DNA from: Octopus sinensis
Lineage: Eukaryota
DNA: 64,000 bases
NCBI RefSeq assembly: GCF_006345805.1
Contig: NC_042997.1
Coordinates: 57,164,001 to 57,228,000 of the forward strand
Reading direction: 5' to 3'
Below are positions 24,360 to 38,301 of this stretch, in pieces. Within the stretch, counting starts at the first letter, position 1. Every line of letters starts with the position of its first letter. The notes under the pieces were generated by a model. The model had not been told where the DNA came from. It saw only the letters and a list, made by a program, of their open reading frames with translations, and ran no database searches. The position numbers and the translations under genes were made by a program.

Positions 24360-25601
24360 GTACTCTAAAAAGAAAACTACATCACATATCAATTCAGCAT
24401 CTAGTCTTCTTCAAAGTAGTCCTTTGCTGAAGCCACACACTTTACCCAGCAGCATTTCCCTGGATGGAAGCATTTCTGGAACTCCATTTCTGGGATAGGG
24501 AGCAGCTGCCTCATCACATTTTCTTGGATTTCTTTGGCATCTCAAAACCTTATTCCTTTCAAGTGGGATTTGACTTTTGGAAAGACGGAAATGTTACAAG
24601 GGGCGAGATCTGGGGAATATGCTAGTTGTAGGACATGGGAAATGTTGTACTTGACCAAAAACTGCTGCACAAGCTGTGCTGAATGGGTAGGTTCACTGTC
24701 ATGGTGGAGCTGCCATTCACCAGATGCATGCAATTCTGCCCTTTTCTGACAAACAACATCCCACAAATGCTGTAACATGTTATGGTAATACTTCTTGTTT
24801 ACTGACTGACCTAGTGGAACATACACATGATGAACAATACACCTGTAGTCGAAGAAAACTATCAACATTGTCTTCCTTTTGCTTCACCTCAGTCATGTTT
24901 TCTTTGATCTTGGAGAGGTTGGGGGTCTTCCACAGTGAAGGGTTTCAGGGTTATAGCCATAGACCCACAATTCATCACCTGTTATGACCATTTTCAAAAA
25001 GTTTTCATCTTCCTTGACACAGCCAAGGAGATCCTGTGCAACTGAAACCTGATCTTATTTCAGGTTGAGTGAAAGCAGTTTTGGAACAAACTTGGCAAAC
25101 ACACATCTCAAACCCAAATCTTAACTAGAAATGAACTGAACTGAACTATAGTTAATATTCACATCCTCTGGCAACTCATGCACAACAATTTGATGGTCTT
25201 TACAAACAGCTGCATAGACATCAGTGATGTTTTTACCAGTCCTGCTGGTTGTGGGTCTCCAAGAACAAGCAGTGTCATTGTTGACATTTTGTCAGTCATC
25301 TTGGAAACATTTAAACCACTCATCAATCATTCCTCCACATACAGTCTCTGCAACTTTGTATAGGTCTCTGTCCAGGTTCACCAAGCCTTCTGCAAAATTT
25401 GATGCAGATTCGTGGTGGGATGACCACATTCTACACACTTTACCTCCAAACATTACTATAAATGATAGAAGTGAATAAGAATGTTATAACTTAGTGCGCA
25501 TGTGAATCAAAGTTTAAGGTCAGTTTGTGCCAAGCTGCTTCACTATACTTTTAGCTCTGATACCATAGCAACATTCCTGATACTTTTTGATTAGACCTTG
25601 T
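24360..25601 (-). mobile_element. Second mariner copy of the same family as 12126-13399, left TIR lost
   Basis: ORF 24542-24868 has MLIVFFDYRCIVHH, WQLHHDSEPTH and YSPDLAPCN. Right TIR attcctgatactttttgattagaccttgt at 25573-25601. Collinear with copy 1. Confidence 0.88.
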
Positions 25602-26879
25602 CAGCAACAGAAGTAACAGATACTAAAACCATCTTTAAAAAGCTTTCACGGTTCCATAATGTACATATGAATAAAATATTTCTCTACATTGCTAGAAAAA
25701 GTAGTAGTGATTAAACAATGAGCACAGATGTAGATTTCTGCATACATTAATAAATACAAAAATGAAAAATAACAGGTGCATGAAAACATACTCACATATG
25801 TATGCATGTGTTATCTTTCAATCATTTGAATTCTTCATATAATGCAGAAACTGTTTCTAATGAAGAAACAAAGCTTCATTGTTGGAAATTAGATAACAAT
25901 GCTAAAGAGCTACATGTTGAACTTTAAGAAATGCCTTCCATATTTTTACTGTTTTACAGATTGTATTTGCAAAGAGTGCATTAGCTGATCTTTTTGTTTG
26001 AAACCCCCAGTTTTTTTAGCTTGCTACTTAGACAATTACCAACATTGTGTTCTTCTTTTATATGTATGTATCAGTATTCTGGACAATAAAAGTAACTTTA
26101 ATATAGAACAAATATCAAAGTCTAGGAATGAATACCAATTCTTCAATATGTCAACACAATATAGCATAACCACCCCCCAACCGCTTTTGATAGTGACATT
26201 ATGGTTATTTTTCTCTGTTTGTATACATGTTGATAGTAAGCAGATATTGGAGGAACAGCAGAAGACAGCACTATTGTGATACAGTGACCACTATTCTAGG
26301 TAAAATTCTATTTTAGTTTCATTATATTACTAACTTTCACTGATAGGTACAGGAATAAAGAACAACGCATTAGTGTGAATGGAAAGTTCAGTGTGTGCAT
26401 GCTGAACAGGAATATATGTTTTTATAATTGTAAAAAAAATGTAACATTATGTATGCAACATGCATAGTTTATATGCATGACTAGCTATTACAAAAAATGA
26501 ATATATGTACACATCAGTGTAAATCTACAGAAGATTGTAACAGGAAAGCAAGGCACCCTTAGATGAATAGAGAAATACGTGTGTTCATTGCCTGTGTACT
26601 TTCTCATGTTTATATATTTATCCATAGGTGTGTGTTTGTGCATAATGTACTTATGTGTATGTATGCAGACCTCTGTGTATACATACTTGCATGCACATGT
26701 CTGTGTGTATATGTGTATTCATGTGTGTGTGGTGAGTCAAGCTGCAACGTTATTATTGTTGTTGTAAGCAGCAGCAGCAACAACTTTACCATTTTTTATT
26801 TGCTACTAAAAGAACAAACACAAAAATATTACAATGAAATTTTTTTTTTAAGTTTGTTGATAGCAGGCAAAAAACTATA

Positions 26880-27490
26880 AACTGAACTCTGCCTGGACGA
26901 CATGCTTAGTAGTATTTCACCCTTCGCTATGTTCAGAGTTCAAATTTTGCCAAGGTTGACCATGCCTTTCATCCTTTTGGGTTGATAAATTAAGTATCAG
27001 TGAAACGCAGAGGTGGGGGTCAATGTAACTGGCTAGTCCCATCCTCCAAAATTTCAAACTTTGAGCCTTTACTAGAAAAAATTATTATTATTATCAAGGT
27101 GGCAAGCTGGCAAAATCGTTAGTGCCCCGGGCAAAATACTTAACGGTATTTCGGCCGTCTTTACATTCTGAGTTCAAATTTTGTTGAGGTCGACTTTGCC
27201 TTTCATCCTTTTGGAGTCAATAAATTAAGTTTCAACTGATTACTGGGATCGATGTAATTGACTTATCCACTTCCCCCAAATTGCTGGCCTTGTACCAAAA
27301 TTTGAAACCATTATTTATTATTACAAGGGCAGTGAACTGATAGAGTTAGTATAATATCAGACAAAATAGTGTGTGGTATTTAATTACACTCCTTTACATT
27401 CTGAGTTTAAGTTACACTGAAGTCAACTTTGCATTTCCTATTTTCAAAGTTCAAATATTGAGATAGATATAATCGACTATACCAATTCTT
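26880..27490 (+). mobile_element. Three tandem tRNA-derived SINE copies (gcctttcatccttt...gtcgataaattaagt central domain)
   Basis: Repeated ttctgagttcaaatt...gtcgactttgcctttcatccttttgg units ending in (TTA)n. Related copies at ~37260-37430 (-), ~40290-40380, ~48040-48370 and ~49200-49380 (-). Confidence 0.7.
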
Positions 27491-29099
27491 TAAACGGAAA
27501 AAAAAAGCGATCTTCTGCTATTGTTAGAGATCAATATTATTTTATTTTAATATTACCAGTGGTAGCAGCAACTACAATAATTTTATCATTGATCTGCTCA
27601 AACTGAGTTGACTGGAATTAAATAACAACAGAGATTGCTAACAGTGACACACAGCCAGAAACTCCATGGAGAGCAGAGTTGTTTAAAAGCACCTCTAGTA
27701 CTGAATTGGCTCATATTTTATTGACACTAGAAAAATACAATGATAAAATTTAAAGACATATTTTTATTTTAAGATTCACTTAGTCATCAGCCCACTGCAC
27801 TCCTGAACTGCACTTAATAATACCATGTGCACTAGTGGCACCAGTGTTAGTATTGTATAAGGTAGCAGATCAATACAGCTCAGAAACAGGGAAGCACTAA
27901 TTTTAGAACTAGACAGACAACATTCAAACTAATGTTAAATATTTTGTAGAAAATTCTTTCAGATTCTTGAGCTATATGGATTATTGTTTTTTTGTTGTTC
28001 TTTTATTTCATTTTAGTGATGGGGAGGTGCTCTGGCATCTAAATGGTTCTGTCCATATACCAACGTTGCAGTGTTTCTGGGAAAAAATAATTCCAAATAG
28101 CTAAAGTCCATCTGACTGTAAACATTTACCACAAAAGAACAGCTCATCATTGCAGTTTGAAAAAAGAAGAAAAAAAAGAAAAGCTTTGCGTATCAAATCA
28201 GCCTTTTATTAGCATGAAATATCATGTGTTAATATTTCAAATTCTTTGAACTATTTATCTCATGCTAACTACCACAGTATAGCTTGTTCTAATAGAACAC
28301 CCACCTTTAAATGAGGATAAATATTACCTCTCAGTATTAATACTGCCTCTGTCGCTAATATATATTCTTTGATATTTTATTCTATCGTCTCTTTCAGTTT
28401 GTTTAACTTCAATTTTTCCTGACACTAGAAACCTCATTTACCTGATACAGAAAACTTGGCAAAGCCTTCTGATTAGAGATTAGAAGAAATGATAGAAGTA
28501 GTTTAGTATATAAATACAGCTTTAAAATATTCCAGGTTCTCACAAAGCCAATGAAGGAAGCTTCTATCTGGTTAATTTACAAAAAAGAGTAGCCAAAGCT
28601 TCCTCATATCACCTTCAACTTCAAAATGAAAGAATGCTTTAGATTATTGTCCTGTTAATTTCAATGTTTGACCAGCACAACTATCTAATCATTGAGTTAT
28701 CATATAAAGTAGAAAAGTATTCCACAGACAAATTTACCGTTAATGCAAGTGGAATTTATGTGACAATATGACAAAGCTAAAACTTGGAATTACAGGTACA
28801 GTCCATCCAATAGACTTCTATAATACCCATTTAATTAAATTTGAAAATACATTGAATAAATTATGTATGTGTAAGAAAAACATATAGGATGGTGATAGTT
28901 GGAAAGCCCTTGATCAAGATTGACAAGGGACTAACAGTATGACTGTGCCTATAAAATATTGGACACCCAGTACATAGATACCAGATCCATTTCCACAGCA
29001 AGAGCTTCATTGCATATCTGAGTAATACACTTAAGTCTCTGTTTCTCAGCTCACCTAGCTGTTAGCCATGAGTACCAATCATCTAAGAATATCACTTCA

Positions 29100-29620
29100 T
29101 CATCATCATCGTTTGATGTCCGCTCTCCATGCTAGCATGGGTTGGACGATTTGACTGAGGACTGGCGAACCAGATGGCTGCATCAGGCTCCAATCTGATC
29201 TGGCAGAGTTTCTACAGCTGGATGCCCTTCCTAACACCAACCACTCCGAGAGTGTAGTGGGTGCTTTTACGTGCCACTGGCATGAGGGCCAGTCTGGCAG
29301 TACTGGCAATGGCCACTACACATGAGTCAGTCCAGTGGCACAGGTAACGACCTCGCTTGAAAGTTTTGTTCACATGCCACCAGCACAAGTGCCAATAGGG
29401 CGATGCAGGTAATGCTCACACTCAAATGGTGCTTTTTACATGCCACCGGCATGGAAGCCAGACAGCTGCTCTGGCAGTGATCCCACTTGGATGGAGCTAT
29501 TAGTGCTCCACTGGCACGGGTACCAGTCATTGAATTTGGTTCAGTTTCGATTTCACTTACCCCTACAGGTCTTCGCAAGCAGAGTTTAGTGTCCAATGAA
29601 GGAAGATTGGCATTGATGCC
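29100..29620 (-). repeat. RTE LINE 3'-UTR fragment
   Basis: (CAT)n-cgtttgatgtccgctctccatgctagcatgggttggacg...gatgcccttcctaacaccaaccactcc is the reverse complement of the RTE tail. A similar piece lies at ~31560-31800. Confidence 0.8.
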
Positions 29621-32600
29621 CATCAAATTTGGTTCGATTTTAAATTCAATTTTGATTTCACTTGTCTCAACAGGTCTTCGCCTTGTGGGAGAAAATTTTG
29701 TGTGTTTATATTTTGTTGCATGGCTAGACTGTGAGCACTTTGTGATGATGTGAAGTACTGTTTAGAACTCAAATAGATATCTCTTATCTCTCTATTGCCA
29801 TGAAACTGGAGCTAAGCACTGGCCCTCAGAAGCACCCTGGAGTTAAGTAGACATCTTTTTACATTATTCAATACACTAATTTCATTAGTTTTTGTAAAGG
29901 ATATATGGTAAAATGTAAATATATATTGTACTCCATTCTGATAAAGCTTGAGGTTAGCAAGCAGGTATAAAGAGAACAATACTAGATTAAATATTTTAGA
30001 GAACTTAGTTCCAAACCTCTACTCTGCATTCCATTAGCACTTCTGAGGTCTAAAATATGTAACAGTAATATACTAGGTGTTAATTATATTAACTGTAACA
30101 CTATCAAAACAAGCCAAGCTGACAAAATATGTAGTACACAAATCCTCCACTTGATTAGAATAGAGTTCAAAACTCCATAACAAATCAAAAGAAATACAAA
30201 AAATACCTCTTCCATCATTACATAATGCATATAAACGTGATCCACTAACTGCCCACACAACAAAACTATTGTTACAGCAAGATCCAACTCACTATCCTCG
30301 TCACTCCTTGTACAATCAACCCCAGATAGACACATCTGTACCACTCCAGAACACTACTATAAGATCATACCAAAAACACTATTTCTTCAATTCATTCTAG
30401 ACAAACATTAAAACCACACATAAAAATAAAAGCAAAGTCTTTAACCTCATTAATTCTCAACAGAGTTGAAAGAAACACCACAAGCAATGATGCAGAAGAG
30501 CATAACTGTCGCATAACAACAAAGTGCACACTGCCCACCTCCACTATGGTTACCACTTAAATTGCATACAAGAGTATCTCTTGAACATTTGGTTAGCAAT
30601 GTTACAACCTCCATGCAATGTCAGATGGAAGAAATTAACAGTTACAATGCATAAAAACCCAAATATTCACATGAGGTGTGAAAATACTGAAGTATTCCAA
30701 GCATATAACACTATGCTGTATAACACTACATGTCTACAGAACACATACAATTGTAATACACTAAGCTTTCAAATGTGGAAAACATTACAATGTTTGGAGT
30801 CAGTAGCACCTCAAATGTTCAATTTATACCTATAACCTAAGTCAACTTCAATGACAACAACAGTAGCCTTGATTAATTAACATTTTTTCTTTGTTGTTAG
30901 ATTACACTGCTATCTTCTAATTAGCAAGAGGAGGATCTGTGTGCCACATATTTTGCCAGCTTGTGTTAATAATGGTTTATTTTGATAGTGTTACAATTAA
31001 TAGAATTAATAAAAGATGAAGTTAAAACCAACTCCAAAGTTTTGCAGATGGTTTTTTGAATATTCTATGAGATGGTTCATCAAAAGTTGTTTATGGTTTG
31101 AGGAGGATTCTTTTCACAAGACTTTATGAAAATAATTTTTTTAATGCTATGGTTTGGCAGAAAGGTCTGTACTTGTGACCTTCACAATGTCCTCAGAGCA
31201 ATGAATTCAATATGGTTGTTGTTCTTAAACAACTACAAATGGATTGTTGCATGAAAAATATAAAAAGAAGTTGAATTCTAGAGAAAAGTCATTCTGGTGA
31301 AGAAGAACTAGGAATTTGAATAAACTCTATACACTGGACTGTTATAGCAAGAATAAAAGGATTATTTGACAAGCCAATAAGGGAGTCTGTGTGATTGCAC
31401 AACATGCTAGAAATAACAACCAAATCTCCCTTAAATTACACCCAACTGTCTTAAAAAAGAATGACATAGTAGAGGATCACAACTGACTCAGAGCTAAACT
31501 ACTACAAGGGATAGAATGAAAACCCAAAAGTAAAGACTCCATGATACTCAACATCAAGAGGCACTACATCATCATCATCATCATCATTATTTAACATCCA
31601 TTTTCTATGCTGGCATGGGTTGGACAGCTTGACAGGAACTGTTAAGGCTAGGGACCACACCAGACTCCATTGTCCATTTTGGCATGGTTTCTACAGCTAG
31701 ATGTCCTTCCTAATGCCAACCACTTTACAGAGTGTACTTGGTGCTTTTTACATGGCACCAGCACTGACAGGGTCACCAGGTAACTTGCAAGACAAAAGTC
31801 CTTCAGCTGGGAGGAGAGAGTAATAGTGGTGGTGTGTGTGTGGGGGGGGGACATTGTGCCAGTTGATGAGAGATTAAAGCTGTAGAAGGTCAGGGATAGC
31901 CATGATGTAGTAGAGTAGATATATGAATATTCCAGTTGATAGAGAAAGGAGGGTGAGTGAGAGAGAAAGAGTAAGAAAGCAAATGAGTCAATGAGTAAGA
32001 TAAAGAAAGCAATAGTGAGAGAGATGGTGAAGATGCATTGGAATGTGTCCTCAAGGAATATTGGGGCGGTGTGTGAGAATTAGTAAGGTGATCCAGAAGT
32101 TTGGACTGGGTGGGTGGGCAGGATAGAAGTGACTGAGGCAAATGATAGAGTGAAATAAAAATATTATTAAGCTTAACTTCAATGAAGGAACACATTTTGT
32201 TTTTACTTCTTTATTTCACCTACCAATATTTTTAGCAAGTTAACATTGATTAAATCATAGAAAAATAGTAATAAAAGAAATAAACTTTTAGCAATTAGTT
32301 TGCAAGGTTAAAAGAAAATGGGATAAAGAAAGACTGTGTTTATTGATTATAACTTTGGGCTACAAATTGTAAGAAACATGTAAAATGGTCTGTCACAGAA
32401 CAGACAGCAGCTTTGCAAGGGTGAGGGAAGATCATGTTGAGTGATTGGGCTGGAAAGGATAGTGAGTAACTCGAAACCTTGAGTTGTCAAGGCAGATTGA
32501 TATAATGATAATTCTATAGGGAAATAATCTGTGTAAAAATAAATTAAATAAATATATAAGAAGCAATACATATAAAGATCAATATGCACAACTTTGATAA

Positions 32601-34851
32601 ATATTGCAAAAGGAATAATTTATCTTTGTAATTTTATGAATTTCTGTAGAGAGTGAGTCAGAAATTACCTTGTGCACTAATTAGAAGAATGACATCTAAT
32701 GATTATATTTTTTAATGGAGAGAGATGGGGTGGGGACAGAGGTTACATAGAGCATAATCAGGGTTATTTGCAATGTTATAAGTATTCATGGCATTTAATT
32801 GCTTTTTAATGTTAAGAGAAGATGGACAATGATCATAAATTTTGCAGGTTTCATTAGACTGATAAAGTTGACAACTGGCAGCCCTAAACAGATTCAAAAC
32901 AAAAACAATTTTAGAACTATTTCTGAAAGAATGAGAGACAACTCCAAGTATGTTTTGGTCTTATGACAATACCATCAGTGAAGTGTAGGCGTCACTATAC
33001 TTGCTGAAGCAATAATGGATGTATCACTAAACAAATGAACAATAATGCCTAATGGTAGGTATAAATACAAGGATTGTTCAAAGACTAAATTACTCTCAGA
33101 TACCATCCATATGAAAAACAATAGCTAAGCCAGTGTTGACATATTTAATTTAGGGAGTATGATTAAAGCTAAAATGAAGTAGAGAGAGAAGTAGGGAGGA
33201 GAGACAAAGAGAGAGAGAAACAGACAGACAGAAAACAGGATAGAGATAGCTGAGTAAAGAGAGAAAAAGCAGAGAGAAAGAGAATGAGAACACAATAAAG
33301 TGAGAAAGCAAAGTAAAGAAAGGGAAAAAGAGAGAGTAAGTAGGTAAAAAGGGAGAAAGAAAGGTTGGCATAAAGGAAACAAGATAGAGAAAAAAAAGGA
33401 AGAAATGATGAAGAAATTGAAATTGGATTCTAGAAGCATTAAATAGTGTTAATTTTTTTGTTGCTAATTAATTGGCTCTATTTGACATATTGAAATTCTC
33501 CAATTTTGGCTTTAAAACTGACAGTAAATACTCTTTAGTCTCAGACTTCCTTTGAGAAATAATTTTCTTGGCAGTTCAGTATTAATCATCATTAGCTTTA
33601 GGAAAATGTGGCAGTTTTGTATTAGTTTGACAGTAATTTCTTGGCTCTTGGAAGTCAAATTTACCTCTGTTTTCCCCTTTAACACATCCCATCAAAACAA
33701 TTTTAAAAGCTGATTGAATGATGTCCAAGCCAATCATTGAAAACACTTCCCACAAGCCTCCACATTGTGGTTTACTAACTAGAAATAACAGTCAAATCCC
33801 ACACAAACTACACTTTACCAGTCTGAAGCAGTGAACTGGTGGAGTTGTAAGAGCATCAGATAAGCTACCTTGTTTCATCTCTTTGCATTTTGAATTCTTG
33901 GGATGTAGACTTAATTTGTCACCCAGTTTAACACCACCATTTATTTGGTCCTCGGGTGCCTTAACAGAATTCATTCTGTTGAAAGTATTAAGGCCAGGCC
34001 ACTGATCTAAGAGTAACTTCCACCCATCTTCTACTGGTCTTAAAAACTCTAGATAAAAATAAAGTCATGGGTGCAGCCATTTCTTCCTGGAGTTAAACCA
34101 AAGAATTTTATAACCAAATCACTGCAAAATTGATAGAAAGGTACCAATTGTATCACTACTACTACTACAACTATTACCACTACTTAAATATTGGTAAAAG
34201 AATTACAAGAAGAAAGTATGATTTGGGAATCGAAAAAAAGCGTTGGATCTTGATTCACAACTGAAGGACTGAAAAAGTTATCTTGTTATAAAATTAGTGA
34301 TTTGAGTGAGGAAATGTTTTTATAGTAGTGGTATGCAGAAAATTAGCAAGGTATCCACAGTGGTTCCTCATCAATTCATTGTGTATAATTATATCACAGT
34401 GAATACATTATGTGTAATTTCATCACTTGGTAATTTCATTGCAAGGTAATTACATTACATGCTAATACATCATCATACTTTTATCTACAGAGTAAATACT
34501 TTGTAAGACATTATTTCAAGTTTTTATTCACAGAATAAATATGCCACATTTCATTAACAATAAAATAGAAATCCAAACATAAAGAAATTCCATCCAACAT
34601 ACAAGAAATTTTTAGAAATCTTGATAAAGAGATAAGCAAACAATATATCGTAGGTGCAGAAATTTTGCATTGTAAAGAGAAATATAAAGAGAGTATTCCA
34701 TGGATCCATTACATCATCAGTGAATATCAAAATCACAAAATACTGGGTTAAGAGGAATTACTTTGTCTGTTTAAAACACTTCATCCTTCCTCTAATTAAA
34801 TTTTACTGCATTCAATTTGTTTGTTTTTTTTTTGAGGTGAAAGTGCAGTTT

Positions 34852-35425
34852 GATGCTGGTGCCATGTAAAAAAGCACCCAGGTCATTCTGTAAGGTGGTT
34901 GACATTAGGAAGAGCATTCAACTGTAAAAACTATGCCAAAACAGACCTCACAATCGCTGATGCCATGTAAAAAGCATTTAGTCCACCTTGTAAGGTGGGT
35001 TAGCATTAGGAAGGGCATCCAGCCATAGAAACCATGCCAAAACAGACAGTGAAGTCTGGTGCAGCCTTCTGGCTTGCCAGTTCCTGTCAAACCATCCAAC
35101 CCATGCCAGTATCTAAAATGGTTAAATGATGATGATAATGATGTCTGTAAAAAAGCACTCAGACCATTCTGTAAAGTGGTTGGCATTAGGAAGAGCATCT
35201 AGCTATAAAAACTATGTCAAACGGACCTCACCAGTGTTGGTGTCATGTAAAAAAGCACTCAGTCTATTCTGTAAGGTGGTTGGCATTAGGAAAGTCATCC
35301 AACCATAAAACCCATGCCAAAACAGACAGTGAAACCTGGTGCAGTCTTCTGGCTTGCCAGCACCTGTCATTCCATCCAACCAATGTCAGCATGGAAAACA
35401 GATATTAAATAATGATGATGATGAA
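34852..35425 (+). repeat. Tandemly duplicated RTE-tail-related unit (~280 bp x2, each with an internal repeat)
   Basis: Four occurrences of gtaaaaaagcac...tgtaa(g/a)gtgg(g)tt(g/a)(g/a)cattaggaa, and two ends in atgatgatg. Confidence 0.6.
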
Positions 35426-35759
35426 AATGTATGACAATGAATTTACTGATGATGTATTAGCTCAAGGTGTAATAACCCAGCAATAAAATTATAAGTGCTG
35501 TATTTACTACAATCAATTTACTGTATACAGTTTACTGTTGGGTGGCTTTTAAGTTCGCTCCTGTGGAGGGCTCTTCATTAGGCCTTGGGCCCAACAATAA
35601 CACTTCATGCACTGAGTACATATTAAATTTTATTAAACTTGAACAATATTTTTCAAGCAATGAACAATTTTCATTAAAACAATTATATAATTTGTCAACT
35701 TGGAACTTATTGCAAAGCTGCATGATAAACAACAGTACCACCACCATCGCCACCACATC

Positions 35760-35960
35760 TGCCATATACACCATTCAGACCTCTGACACTATCACCATCA
35801 ATACCTTTGACTTCGCTGCTTTCCCCTCCACCACCATCACCTCTGTCTTTCACATTGCTTACTTTCACCATCATCCTTGACCACCTCAGCTACCACCACC
35901 ACCACCACCACCACCACCATCATCACTGCCACCTCTATCACAACTACAGCTCATAATATT
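35760..35960 (+). repeat. (ACC/CAC)n-rich trinucleotide low-complexity tract
   Basis: accaccaccaccaccaccaccaccacc and degenerate flanks. Confidence 0.8.
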
Positions 35961-38092
35961 ACTATCACCCCATTACCATTAGTGTTCAGTACATTAGTTC
36001 AGCATGCTGGTTCAGTGTTCAGTCCCTCTTTTGCTCACAAACCTACTCTTTCTTTCTCTCCTCTGCCACCTTCAACTCTACTACTTTTAATAAAACATCA
36101 ACTCTCCCTAAATTTCTTTGTTTCTCTTTCTCTCCTTCTCTTTTCCTTTCTTTCTTTCTCTCTCTCTGTCTTCACCACTGCCCTCACTGTCTTTATGCCT
36201 ACTATTACTCTCACCCCAGCATGAGGAATAGTAGAAGTGTCACTGAATAGTGAGAGAGAGGGCTAAAGTGCAATACAATGACACACAGAAATTAGTTTTC
36301 GTATTTATTATATTAGATGATATATGATATTTAGTTTGGCTCTTTACAATCTTATAGAGCAAAGTTAACTTTAATAGAACTTGAACTATCCTTTTCAGTA
36401 TCTGTAAAGTAAAATATCAGCGAAATTTGGGAGTAATTTTAATCGACTAACCCTTCACTCCAGAATTTCAAGCATTATGTGTCTTTTATAAGCAATTAAC
36501 GAGGAAAGAGAAAGAGGTGGAGCAAAGTGATTGCAGTTGATTTATAGTAATCTCTAAATAGTGAGCTGTATATTATCTGTTAAATGTGCAATATTACATT
36601 AAGATTAAGATTTAGTTCAAGTGAGCTAAGAAAGAAAAATATCATGCCATTGACCAATCAAGGTGGCTATGCAGAAATAAAGATTATAGAAATAGATGCA
36701 ACATGTTGATTTTTCTAACTAATGATGAAGATAGCTGTGGTAGCATTAAACAAGGAAAATGTAACCTTGAATATAGTCAAGCTCTAAGAATGACATAGCT
36801 AAGTGGTTAAGAAGAAGTTCACACTGAAATCATGAAATCCCAAGCTTGATCCCATTGCATGGCATCTTGGGCCTCAGATTATCATAGCCTCAGATTAATC
36901 CAAGCCGTATAAGTGAAATTGGGTAGAAAGAAACTGTAAGGAAGCCTGTTAGCTAGACTGAACCTGTAATTCAAAGATTCAACTTTATCACAAATTGTGT
37001 TGTACTGATTTAGCTTAGGAAATAGCATTAAGGGTGCATGTGTCTGCAAAATACTTAACTACTTACATGTTAATTTAATGAGTCAAATGCTCAGTTGATT
37101 GAATGACAATGTTCGCCATCAAAATCGATGGAGGATCCATTACACATTAAGACAAAACAAATATAAAGCAGCTGATGATAACGATGATTACATTGATATT
37201 ATAGTAAAACATTTTGGAAAACTTCAGACAATGAAATTGGTAAGTATTTTATTCAAATATATTTCTTTATTGCCCACCAGGGGCTAAACAGAGAGGGGAC
37301 AAACAAGGACAGACAAATGGATTACATCGACTCCAGTGCATAACTGGTACTTATTTAATCAACCCCGAAAGGATGAAAGGCAAAGTTGACCTTGGCGGAA
37401 TTTGAACTCAGAACATAACAGCAGGCGAGGTTCCTATGAAACATTATACTTAACTACACTGTTCTAAATTGTAGCTTTAGTCTTACATTCCTTCTGCTCC
37501 TCCTCAAATTACATACACACAATTCATTCTGCAATTCATCAACTTACTGTAGACCTGAGATGTATATTCTTTATTCTGTAACAACAAAAATGGTATCTCT
37601 TCTGTTTCATACTTAATTCTCATAGATTTGTTACTTTTGATATTCATAATTTTGCTTAACTGTAAAAGGTACTACATATTTGTAAAGTCTGCTTAAATCT
37701 CATGATATTTATTTAAAATCTTAATTCCTTGTAGAGTTTGAAAACCACACTTAGGAAAACAAAATTCAGATCCAACATTTCAATCTAATCAATTTTAAAT
37801 AAATAACTCCCCAAAATATATTAATCAAATAACTGACATTTGTCACAAATTTGGTCATATTGACATGAAAACTAATGTTTAGATTGTTCATTAAGAAAGC
37901 AATCATTTCATTGATTCTATTCTCTTGAGAAATATCTACAAAGATTGTACTTCATACCAGAAAGAAAAACAAATAATAATTGGTGAATACAAGATCTGAA
38001 GAAAACTGGCTCTTGATGTATTTCAAGCTATTTGAATTCCTCCGTCCACACTGATAGGGATGTGATAAAAATCCAATTCTAAATTCATTCAA

Positions 38093-38301
38093 CCCTTTAG
38101 CATTTAAATCAGTATATCTAGCTCAAATATTCTACATGTTTTATGTTCAAACCAGACAGATTCAACCTCTCACACTCATCCTACGATGTCATTCTAAAAA
38201 ATAAACAATCATCATTGATATCTCAAAGCTATGAGATTAATTCAAAGCAATGTGAATAAAATAGGAATTATATTTGACAGAGTAATCTGAATGCTAAAGG
38301 G
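38093..38301. mobile_element. piggyBac-type MITE
   Basis: 12-bp perfect TIR CCCTTTAGCATT / AATGCTAAAGGG, with flanks tcaa and ctaa (decayed TTAA). Confidence 0.7.

Noticed and set aside
33120-33440. Hydrophobic 'membrane protein-like' ORFs (also 31890-32195 and 40695-41143)
   Set aside because: These are purine/pyrimidine-biased low-complexity tracts.
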